Assembly (NCBI GenBank): GCA_037917625.1
Contig: JAVCBY010000076.1
Coordinates: forward strand, 1-29,072
Length of the DNA stretch: 29,072 bases
From: Thermoproteota archaeon
GTDB taxonomy: Archaea; Korarchaeota; Korarchaeia; Korarchaeales; Korarchaeaceae
Direction: 5' to 3'
Shown here: in pieces, positions 9,722 to 17,379 of the stretch
Position numbering within the stretch: the first letter of the stretch is position 1
Layout of the letters: each line of letters starts with the position of its first letter
Program-made: the position numbers and the translations under genes
The notes under the pieces: model-generated
Told to the model about the DNA's origin: nothing
What the model saw: the letters and a program-made list of their open reading frames with translations, nothing else
Database searches by the model: none

Positions 9722-10546
9722 TCAACTTTTCTCCATCATTCTCTCTATCCAAGGGGCCTCCTTCTTAGTTGAGGGTCCGAATATAGCATCGAGAACCCTT
9801 GTCTGCCCTAGGAACATCAGAAGAGCTGCTATTACAAATATTATGTTCAGGGGCCAATCTACCAGCATCCTCAAGAATCCATCCCTAAAAGGAAGCATCT
9901 GCCTCGTTAAGGCCAAAGGAAGAATAGAAAGCACGTAATCTACTCCAAGTAGGAGAAGACCCATGATGAAGCTAGTTATCGCGAAGGAAAGAGCCCTCAT
10001 GCTCTTGGTCCTCATGTAAATGTAGAGGAACAAGATAACCGAGATCAAACCGAAGAGCTGAGTTAAGCCAATTAATAGGGCGATCATGCCCGATAATACC
10101 TCATTTATCTCGAGGTATGTGAATAACGTGATCCCGTAGAGCCTGTAGATCAGGTAAACTATATAAAAGCTGAAGGAAACTCCTACAGCTGGTAAAATGT
10201 AGAGGATTTTGAGCTCCAGTAAGTAGAAGCTCATCGTGGCTACGAATGCGAAGGAGGTGAGTAATGTTATGAAAGCGTAGAACCAAGAGTTCGCATCGAG
10301 TATGAGCCTCGGTGGTAAAATCGTGAAAGGAAGTCCTATTTTTTCGTAGTATAAGAGGAGGAAGTACTCCGTTACAGCCCAGAGTGCGAATAATAGGAGC
10401 CAAGCTATGGTAGGTCCAGCTCCCCTGAGCCATGAAGTGCCGGAGCTCCTAAGCCTGAGGAGAGTGATGAGGTGATAAATTGAAGTAGCTGCCATCAAGA
10501 GGAGAGAAGTCGTATGAGCGAGAACATAAGGATCGAGTCCCATCAC
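9722..10546 (-). CDS. Seven-transmembrane protein, putative receptor/sensor
   Basis: Seven hydrophobic segments by eye (aa ~7-30, 44-67, 87-110, 114-139, 150-177, 185-213, 228-247) and a short C-tail; 18 bp downstream of the uDENN-like gene. Confidence 0.7.
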   Translation of the reverse strand: MMGLDPYVLAHTTSLLLMAATSIYHLITLLRLRSSGTSWLRGAGPTIAWLLLFALWAVTEYFLLLYYEKIGLPFTILPPRLILDANSWFYAFITLLTSFAFVATMSFYLLELKILYILPAVGVSFSFYIVYLIYRLYGITLFTYLEINEVLSGMIALLIGLTQLFGLISVILFLYIYMRTKSMRALSFAITSFIMGLLLLGVDYVLSILPLALTRQMLPFRDGFLRMLVDWPLNIIFVIAALLMFLGQTRVLDAIFGPSTKKEAPWIERMMEKS

Positions 10547-10564
10547 CTGAATGATACCACCCCC

Positions 10565-11020
10565 TTAGAAGAAACCCCTACCTCTCTCAACGGCCTTCTC
10601 GAAGGCCCCCTTATCCTTCACCTCAGCCTCACCTTCCTTAACCCTATAGGCCGAGAGGAACTTAAAAATATCCGGTAAAAGATCTCTCAATCTCTCTATG
10701 GTCATATCGCTCGGTGGTATGCTCTCCGCTACTCTCAGCATACCGGATTCTATTCTACTGACTTCCCTCTCGTCATCAGTTACAGCTACGAGAGATGCTA
10801 TCCCCTGCCTCGGCTTCTCCCCAGTCAGCCTAACTGTGCAACCCACGAAGTTCAGATTCATCTGCTTGAACTTCACGACCTCGCCCCCGGATGCCGACAT
10901 CGGGAAAGCCTTCACCACCAGCTTCCTCATCTCCTCGCTCAGCTCCCCCGGTGGATAGAAGCCTATTACCGTGAAGCCCTCCTTATCGAGTATCGAGAGG
11001 AGTAACTTCACTACAGCCAT
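10565..11020 (-). CDS. uDENN/longin-like domain protein
   Basis: Pattern LLLSILDKEGFTVIGFYPxxxLSEE..LVVKAFPMSASG...G....R...SLVAVT recalls the uDENN longin of DENND6/Avl9-type proteins; GGAGGG RBS; ends RGFF. Confidence 0.55.
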   Translation of the reverse strand: MAVVKLLLSILDKEGFTVIGFYPPGELSEEMRKLVVKAFPMSASGGEVVKFKQMNLNFVGCTVRLTGEKPRQGIASLVAVTDDEREVSRIESGMLRVAESIPPSDMTIERLRDLLPDIFKFLSAYRVKEGEAEVKDKGAFEKAVERGRGFF

Positions 11021-11033
11021 ATAATCCCTCCCA

Positions 11034-11936
11034 TCAAGTCCCTAAGCTCTCAACATACCTCTCTATGACTTCCATGAGGGCCTCCCTAGCTCTCTCCTTA
11101 TCCTTCACTCTAGCTATGTTATTGAGGACATCAACTAAGAGCGCTTTCACCTTACTCTCAGAAGAGTAGCGAGGGACTAAAGCAGCGCCTATCAAGCCCT
11201 CTCTGATCGCTATTATCAACCTCTTGTCCCTCATCTCTATCGTCTGCGGTATGTCCTTGAGAGATTCCGTCGTGTAATTCCTAACTAGTGAGATGAAGGC
11301 GCTTAGAGTCAAGCTCGTCGTCGAGCTCGTTGAAATTATGGGGGTCCCCTTCTCATCTAAGACGATCAGATCCTCTATCCTGAGCGGATGCGAAACTTCC
11401 TTACCGGTCAGCCTCTCGTAAATCCATGCGAAAGCTTCGAATAAACCGAAGCCCGTTAAAGCGCTGGCCCAGACTATCTGCCAAGTCATCCCCTCCAACT
11501 TCGTCAATTCCAAAGCCTCTATCACTTCCATTACCGTAGCAGCGTTCTCGAGATCCGCCTTGTTCGCGATTATGAGGAGAGGCTTACTCTTCCTTATGAC
11601 GGAGACTATCCTCCAGAGCTCCTCCTTGGCCTCAGGAAACCTCTCCCTATCAGCTGAGTCCAGGACGAAAATGACAGCATCAGCTTTCTCAGCGTACTCC
11701 TCCCACATTCCCCTGAGGGCTTTCTGGCCTCCCAGATCCCATACGTTGAACTCAAGTTCCTTGACCTTGAACTTCTCGAAATTAGCTCCAACCGTCGGTG
11801 CTGTGACTCCTGGCTCCCCTGTGAGTAGGTAATTCAGCATAGTCGTTTTCCCAGCGCCATCTAAGCCCAAAATAACTAGAGTGGTTGGCCTCTTAAAGAG
11901 CCCGAATATACCTGAAACGAGCCTCTGGAACGACAC
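11034..11936 (-). CDS. Arf-family small GTPase fused to a C-terminal longin/roadblock-like domain
   Basis: N-terminal amphipathic helix FQRLVSGIFGLF; G1 GLDGAGKTT, G2 PTVG, Arf signature WDLGGQxxxRxxW, G4 NKAD, G5 ASA. The last ~115 aa begin IEDLIVLDEKGTPII with an apparent beta-beta-alpha-beta-beta-beta-alpha-alpha pattern. Confidence 0.88.
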   Translation of the reverse strand: MSFQRLVSGIFGLFKRPTTLVILGLDGAGKTTMLNYLLTGEPGVTAPTVGANFEKFKVKELEFNVWDLGGQKALRGMWEEYAEKADAVIFVLDSADRERFPEAKEELWRIVSVIRKSKPLLIIANKADLENAATVMEVIEALELTKLEGMTWQIVWASALTGFGLFEAFAWIYERLTGKEVSHPLRIEDLIVLDEKGTPIISTSSTTSLTLSAFISLVRNYTTESLKDIPQTIEMRDKRLIIAIREGLIGAALVPRYSSESKVKALLVDVLNNIARVKDKERAREALMEVIERYVESLGT

Positions 11937-11956
11937 ATGAATACAACTTAACCCTC

Positions 11957-11967
11957 AAAATATAAAT
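11957..11967 (-). promoter_or_regulatory. TATA-box candidate for the leaderless Arf-like gene
   Basis: Minus strand ATTTATATTTT, 21-31 nt upstream of ATG 11936. Confidence 0.45.
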
Positions 11968-11983
11968 CTTCCCTCCTCGCCGA

Positions 11984-12349
11984 TCAATGGAGGAACTCAC
12001 TCAATCTATGCAAGATCTCAACTATCACCTCCGAAAGCTCCGCGTAAGACCCTTTAACGTTCAACATCAGTATTACATCCCTGATCATCCTTCTAATTAA
12101 TACGAAACTTTTTTCCCCGAGGAGGAGGATGCTCGGCTCTTCCTTAAGGTTTAGGTGGGCCGAGATACTCCTCGAGATCTCCGCCATGGCTGAGAATGAT
12201 GCGACAAGGAAATCCTCACTTGGGGATTGTTTGGAATCAGAATATAGGATTATCCCATCTGATGTGAATACCTTCATCGATATTAGGGAGTCTCCGAGTG
12301 AATTCTTTACATCTTCTATGAGGGACTCGAACTCTCCCGACGGTTCCAT
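11984..12349 (-). CDS. Roadblock/LC7 (MglB-like) domain protein
   Basis: 121 aa with N-helix, VFTSDGIILYS hairpin, helix LVASFSAMAEISRSISAHL, three strands and a C-helix: roadblock layout. Confidence 0.8.
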   Translation of the reverse strand: MEPSGEFESLIEDVKNSLGDSLISMKVFTSDGIILYSDSKQSPSEDFLVASFSAMAEISRSISAHLNLKEEPSILLLGEKSFVLIRRMIRDVILMLNVKGSYAELSEVIVEILHRLSEFLH

Positions 12350-12369
12350 CGTCCTCAGGCTCGAAGGGA

Positions 12370-12381
12370 AGCTTTAAAGCT
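12370..12381 (-). promoter_or_regulatory. Palindromic TATA-box candidate for the roadblock gene
   Basis: AGCTTTAAAGCT, a perfect palindrome containing TTTAAA, centred ~26 nt upstream of ATG 12349. Confidence 0.45.
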
Positions 12382-12575
12382 GTTTCGAGAGGCAGAGGAG
12401 GAAATGAGTATTAAAAATTGAGCATTTCCATATAACTATCAGGATATTCTCTGTCATTCCTAGATAAATTTTACTAAACTATGGCTTCAAAGAAAATGAC
12501 TTTAAGGTATGTAATCCATACTCAGCCGTCCCGACGAGTATTTTTTAATGAAGAACGGGCCTATTAGGGAGGCTC

Positions 12576-13109
12576 ATGAGCGAAATATCTTTCGTAGAGA
12601 GGGTGAACTTCTCCTGGGATGAAAGAGGAAAAGTTATTAGCTTAGGTGGCTTAAGAGCTAATATTTTTAACATTGGGTGCGGGGAAAAGTGCGTAACTCT
12701 TATAGAATTTGAGATGATAGTGCCGTCGAGGGGTCGCATCGAGTTCTGCGGCTCCGATATTCAAAATCTAGGCATTCAAACAGGAAAGACGAGAATTTTG
12801 GTTATACATAAACCATGCGAGGTTAAATTTGGAAGCACTGTTTATAAAATTCCAGAGACGATATTGGAGCTTCCGGGGATGCTTAAGGTTAGAGATGTAG
12901 CTTACAGTTTCCAGGAGCTAGGGAGGGGGGCCAGGATAAGGACTCTCTATAATAAAGAACCTAGAGTATATCTTCTGATAACTCCCACTCAAGCCATACT
13001 CCGCTCGAAGGATGGGAAAAGACTACTCATACCTCCAGAACCTTTGCTAATCGCAACACCCGGAGGTAGCGAGTTAGAAATAGCCGGAGTAACTCTGAAG
13101 CTCCCCTGA
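12576..13109 (+). CDS. Hypothetical protein, predicted beta-rich
   Basis: 177-aa ORF with GGAGG RBS; no recognised motif; visibly more AT-rich than neighbouring genes. Confidence 0.6.
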   Translation: MSEISFVERVNFSWDERGKVISLGGLRANIFNIGCGEKCVTLIEFEMIVPSRGRIEFCGSDIQNLGIQTGKTRILVIHKPCEVKFGSTVYKIPETILELPGMLKVRDVAYSFQELGRGARIRTLYNKEPRVYLLITPTQAILRSKDGKRLLIPPEPLLIATPGGSELEIAGVTLKLP

Positions 13110-13234
13110 ACTTCTACGGATGGTCATCAAATGCTTCGCTAGCTTGACACGGCGGGGATCTCCGGCCTTACCACCTGTAGGGATTAGCCGTAGTTAACAG
13201 TTCCAAAATAGATTTAAAAGACTTTGATTTATAG

Positions 13235-13533
13235 CTCATAAGAGTGCTCCCCAGAAAAACTAGGAGTTGCTCCAGATGTGGAATTAATGCCCGAAAGGAG
13301 CATCATATGAATGTAAGAAATGTGGGTTGAGGATGGATAGGCAGCTCAATGCTGCCATAAACTCATACCTTCAGATGGAGGGTCTTCCTCCAGGAAGGCT
13401 CCTCGAAGAGTTGATGAAGCTTGGAGCGGGTTCACCCTGAAAGGAGGCTTATGAGGGCTCCAATGAACTCGGGAGGAGCTAGCTGATGAATCCCAGATAT
13501 GTGAGTCTCAAAGACCACATAGCTCAGAACCCC
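13235..13533 (+). pseudogene. tnpB: IS200/IS605-family tnpB C-terminal remnant (Zn ribbon + RuvC-III) with probable right end
   Basis: From 13259: TRSCSRCG; after a frameshift, from 13306: YECKKCGLRMDRQLNAAINSYLQMEG. This is CxxC...CxxC followed by the DRxxNAAxN motif of TnpB. Further frameshifts and stops follow; the 5' part is missing. Confidence 0.8.
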
Positions 13534-14276
13534 TTACTTAACCCGCTCATAACTTCATCAAATAGCTTCCTCTTCAGATCCTCTAAATACCTGATTGAAG
13601 CTCCCGATAGCCCTGGAAACTTTTCGATGAGTAACTTCACCCTATCTAAAGTATCCAATGCAGATCTAATCCTCTCCCTATCTTCCTCCTTCAAATCCGT
13701 GAAGAATTCCCTCAAGGCGACTCTTATATTACCTATCTCCTTGACCACTCTCTCAGGAGATCCTTCCTGAGGTATATGTTTAACTAGCAACTCTATAGTT
13801 GATGCTAGAAGTTCTGGAGGCAGCAACTCGACCTTCCCTACCATACTCTTGAGCTGTCCTGAGAGGAATCCCGCGGAGAGGCAGTCCTCACAGTACTTCA
13901 CTATCTCTATTAAGGTATTTATGTACATCTCCAACTCGCTTAAAGATCTCACTTTGATCTCCTTGAGCCTCTTCATTATCTCATTGACTATAGGCTGGTA
14001 TCTGTTCTTCAGAATGGGGGAGACTACGGAAGGATCTATCGCTTGGCTGTAAAGCACTTCCTCCTTAGAAAGCTTATCTATGAGTGCTGATATATCCTTC
14101 CTGATTGAGTTAATCTCTTCTAGGATTTCCCCGTCTAAGAACCGTAGGGATGCCTTTAGCAGCCTCTCCGTGAATTTATACTCATTTACAATATCTTCTA
14201 TTACTTCATACATTGAGATCTCAAATAGAGAGGCTTCAAATCTCTCAAACTCACCTTCGAAGAATTCCTCTAGCAT
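13524..14276 (-). CDS. Hypothetical alpha-helical/coiled-coil protein
   Basis: E/L/K-rich helical ORF; start moved to ATG 14276 (MLEEFF), ~27 nt from the shared TATA box. Confidence 0.75.
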   Translation of the reverse strand: MLEEFFEGEFERFEASLFEISMYEVIEDIVNEYKFTERLLKASLRFLDGEILEEINSIRKDISALIDKLSKEEVLYSQAIDPSVVSPILKNRYQPIVNEIMKRLKEIKVRSLSELEMYINTLIEIVKYCEDCLSAGFLSGQLKSMVGKVELLPPELLASTIELLVKHIPQEGSPERVVKEIGNIRVALREFFTDLKEEDRERIRSALDTLDRVKLLIEKFPGLSGASIRYLEDLKRKLFDEVMSGLSKGF

Positions 14277-14293
14277 ATAGGTGAAACGGGTCT

Positions 14294-14313
14294 GCAATTT
14301 TTATAAAATTTGC
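14294..14313. promoter_or_regulatory. Bidirectional palindromic TATA box
   Basis: GCAATTTTTATAAAATTTGC (one mismatched pair; perfect core TTTTATAAAA 14299-14308), centred ~28 nt from both ATG 14276 (-) and ATG 14332 (+). Confidence 0.65.
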
Positions 14314-14331
14314 CTGGCTCGAATGGATTGT

Positions 14332-15909
14332 ATGGAGCATGAGAACCCATGGGAGGCGCTGAGGGCCTCGCTGCTGGAAGCTGGATACAGCTTAGATAAG
14401 ATAGACAAGCTTGAGAGCTTGATGAAGAAGGATGAACTATTTCCCTTGCTTGAGAAGATACTAGAAAAGGTGAGGAAGCTGGAGGAGATCTCTTCAGGGG
14501 TTGAAAGGGAAATAGGGAGTGGGGGGGATATATCGAGCAGAGCCAGTTTACTATTCCAGTCCATGAAGGGGGTATTGATAAGTCTGATAGGGGATCCAGC
14601 TTATATGAGGCCCTTTCTCAGGGATAAGGGGAAAGTGAAGGAGGTAAGGAGGATCCTAGAGGTCACACTTGAGGAAGCTAGTTCTCTGGAGAGGGAGCTC
14701 GTCACTAGGGTGAATGCATATATACGTGAGAAAGGGCTGAGTGTAGAGGAACTGAGGAGCTATGAGGAGATACCTGCTGCTTTGAGCTTCTTGAGGATCT
14801 TAAAGAAATCCGAGGTTCATAAAGAGGTCCAGGAGCAGAAAGTCGAGCCTAAAGAGGAGCAGAGGAAATTAAAGGAGGAAGCTATAGCATCTCTAAATGA
14901 AGCATTTGAGAAATTGAGATCAATCGAAGAAGAGCTAGATCTTATGGGAGTGAGATATGAGAGGCTATCGCATTATTTAGAATTGCGAGAAAGGTTTATT
15001 GAGAGGGTTAAAGAGGCCGAGGAAGGGATTCTGCGGAAATATTTGAGGAACATCACCTCCAGGCTCGCAGAAGTTGAGAAAGATTCAAGGAAGCTTATTC
15101 AAATCTCCCAAAAGATGATAGATCTGAAGGCTAGTATTGAGGAGATGAAGGGAGATCTCTTAGAGAGGATGGAAGGGATAGCAGAGCTTGGAAAGTTCAA
15201 GGAGATAATCCCCTATATAGGATTGGATTTTCCCAGGATCCCTCTCCTCATAAGATCGAGGGTACACATAGAATCCCTGAGGAGGGAAGTTGAGAGGCTA
15301 AACAAGATAAGTTCCCTGATCAAGAGCGTTATAGATGAGCTGGAATACATGCCGAAGGATGCCAAACTCGATATAAGCAAGCTCTCATTAGATTCAACGG
15401 AGTCCTTCTTGGAGAGCCTCAACAACTGCCTCAGGGCCTCTAGGCTCTCTTACGGGATGCCCGAGACTGTCAGCTATACTGGGATAATGAGTGAAGTATT
15501 GGAACTATATCCGAAATGGAGAGAAAAAATAATATCACTTCTTAGGGAAAGAGGGGAAATATCTCTCCAAGACTTGAAGTTCATTCCCGGGAGCTGGAGG
15601 CCATGGGTCCTCAGGAACTTAGCTGATGAGGGTATCGTAGTCATCAACGAAGATAAGGTGGCCATGAGGATAATCCCCGAGGATATGAGGAAATTAGAGA
15701 TGGAGATAGAGGTAATAGAGGATATGTTAGCAGATTTAGGGGCAATGTTCCCCAATTTAGATGATATGAGCGTGAAGAAGATCAGGGAAGATTTTGAGAG
15801 GGCGAAGTCCTTGTTCATGATGGGGAGGATCTCGGAGTACAGGGAGCTAGTATCTGAGCTCAGATCGAGGGTAAGGGAGGTCAAGATGCAGCTGGGTGTG
15901 AAGGGATGA
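14332..15909 (+). CDS. Long coiled-coil protein with a winged-helix-like module near the C-terminus
   Basis: Extended heptad-rich sequence; segment WREKIISLLRERGEISLQDL...WVLRNLADEGIVVINEDKV has a wHTH pattern; no Walker A; start moved to MEHENPW; ATGA overlap with the GTPase. Confidence 0.75.
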   Translation: MEHENPWEALRASLLEAGYSLDKIDKLESLMKKDELFPLLEKILEKVRKLEEISSGVEREIGSGGDISSRASLLFQSMKGVLISLIGDPAYMRPFLRDKGKVKEVRRILEVTLEEASSLERELVTRVNAYIREKGLSVEELRSYEEIPAALSFLRILKKSEVHKEVQEQKVEPKEEQRKLKEEAIASLNEAFEKLRSIEEELDLMGVRYERLSHYLELRERFIERVKEAEEGILRKYLRNITSRLAEVEKDSRKLIQISQKMIDLKASIEEMKGDLLERMEGIAELGKFKEIIPYIGLDFPRIPLLIRSRVHIESLRREVERLNKISSLIKSVIDELEYMPKDAKLDISKLSLDSTESFLESLNNCLRASRLSYGMPETVSYTGIMSEVLELYPKWREKIISLLRERGEISLQDLKFIPGSWRPWVLRNLADEGIVVINEDKVAMRIIPEDMRKLEMEIEVIEDMLADLGAMFPNLDDMSVKKIREDFERAKSLFMMGRISEYRELVSELRSRVREVKMQLGVKG

Positions 15910-16511
15910 GGAAGATCTCCCTAGCTATAATAGGACCTCATCAAGCAGGAAAGAGCACTTTCATAAGGAAGTTAGATCCCTCAGCCGTGAGGATGGACTA
16001 TGAGAAGGGCACTCTATCCACTACAGTCGGCTTCGACTACGGAATAATCTTCTGGGACGCTACGAAGGATGAGCTTTACCCTAAGGAGAGCATAGAGGAT
16101 GTGGATCCATTCGATGAGATATGGAAGGTCACGCTTACTGGAACCCCTGGGCAGATAGCCTTCTCTTACGTCAGGAAGGCTTTAGTGAAGGGTAAGGATG
16201 GTGTCATAATGATAGTAGATAGCGCCCAACCCGTTCAACTGGTCTACGCTCTCGGCCAGTATCAGGAAGCGAAGGAAGTGCTACCTCCGGGATTCCCTTT
16301 CCTCATCCTAGCTAATAAGCAAGATCTACCTGACGCTAAGTCCCCGGATGTGATTAAGAGTCTCTTGGGGATGGATGCGGAGGTGATCCCCATCTCGGCT
16401 TTACGAGGGGATGGAGTTCAGGAGGCATTCATTCACTTCCTCAAAGTTGTAAGAGCTGACATAATGAGCAGATCCATTCAATCATATGCCGAGGCTAAGG
16501 TTAGAGCTTAA
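15906..16511 (+). CDS. MglA-like (COG2229-type) small GTPase
   Basis: G1 GPHQAGKST, G2 TTVGFDYG, G3 GTPGQ, G4 NKQD, G5 ISA. Confidence 0.85.
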   Translation: MRKISLAIIGPHQAGKSTFIRKLDPSAVRMDYEKGTLSTTVGFDYGIIFWDATKDELYPKESIEDVDPFDEIWKVTLTGTPGQIAFSYVRKALVKGKDGVIMIVDSAQPVQLVYALGQYQEAKEVLPPGFPFLILANKQDLPDAKSPDVIKSLLGMDAEVIPISALRGDGVQEAFIHFLKVVRADIMSRSIQSYAEAKVRA

Positions 16512-16515
16512 AAAA

Positions 16516-16746
16516 TTATGATTTTTTCATTTTAACTTCTATCCTCTTCCTCAAGTAATCCCTCCTCATCGTTACCTCATATCCCTCCCACCTTATCGCT
16601 CCCTTGGGCTCCCTGACCCAGGTAGGCCAGACGTAATCCTTCATCTCCAAAGTGTACTCCTCCTCCAACCCGCTGTAGGACTTCCTCAGCTTCCCATTCA
16701 GGTTCACTATCTCCCCACATGACAGGATGTACTCATACATTGGCAT
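16516..16746 (-). CDS. Small hypothetical protein
   Basis: 76 aa with host-like codon usage, convergent with the GTPase; no recognised motif. Confidence 0.55.
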   Translation of the reverse strand: MPMYEYILSCGEIVNLNGKLRKSYSGLEEEYTLEMKDYVWPTWVREPKGAIRWEGYEVTMRRDYLRKRIEVKMKKS

Positions 16747-16925
16747 GATTCTAATGGGAATGAGAGCAAGAAAAAGGGATCCATTAGATTATAATAAGGG
16801 AGTAATCCGAAGATCCTACTTATTCTTCAACTCCGAGAGGCCAATGGGAGAGTACCGGTTCGCATTGAGCCATGCCTCTCTAGTAGTAAAAATAGTCCTG
16901 AAGGGTGCATACGGAGATCCCCTTA

Positions 16926-17087
16926 GGGTCCTGGACTATGCAGTCTTTAAGACTAAATGAGCCCTTGGGATTCATCAGTGCCTATCTAGAGCTCGTAGAT
17001 CATCATAAAATCCTCAGTCAGCTTAAGCATCTCCAATCCTTCATGGCCCTCCGAGGGGCTTCGAGGATCGATCACTCCATCCGGAGG
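16926..17087 (-). mobile_element. Second, more decayed copy of the tnpB 3' end/right-end region, inverted relative to 13370-13533
   Basis: The reverse complement shares, in the same order, GATGGAG, TCCTC, GAAG..CCTCG, ATGAAG..TTGGAG, an exact CTGATGAATCCCA (13483-13495 vs 16978-16966), AGTCTxAAAGAC and CATAG..CAGxACCC. Confidence 0.65.
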
Positions 17088-17379
17088 CTTAAACTTAGCC
17101 CTCCCGGGTATTTACTATCTCAAATTTGGAGCTGCAGCATTTTCCTTCGTTATCTAAATTTCATATATTTTTAAATTATTGACGGTCATTAGGTAAAAAT
17201 TCTTAACAAAATAAACATGAAAAAGTAAATATAATGAGGTAAATGATACGATAGGAGTGCAGATTGATTCAGGAACGAGTTGGGGATGGTGGCGATTCAA
17301 AGCTCCATCAACATTTTTATTATTCCTCACTGGGGCAACTAAATGTCCACCCATGCACGGGGTGGAGGTGATCTTGATC

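Noticed and set aside
9722-10546. 7-TM protein as a microbial rhodopsin
   Set aside because: Helix 7 (LVDWPLNIIFVIAALL) has no Schiff-base Lys, and no RYxDW-type helix 3 motif is present.
13110-13200. Possible structured RNA or IS left end (CTACGG ... CCGTAG)
   Set aside because: Only a 6-bp complement with no recognisable tRNA or other family fold; not supportable.
14281-15909. SMC/Rad50-type chromosome segregation ATPase, with start at 14281
   Set aside because: No Walker A/B or signature motif; similarity would be generic coiled coil. The 14281 start would overlap the divergent gene and its promoter.
17257-17379. 41-aa N-terminal extension of the GIFT-like protein
   Set aside because: A strong GGAGGTG RBS and a signal peptide point to a start at 17380 (or TTG 17374).
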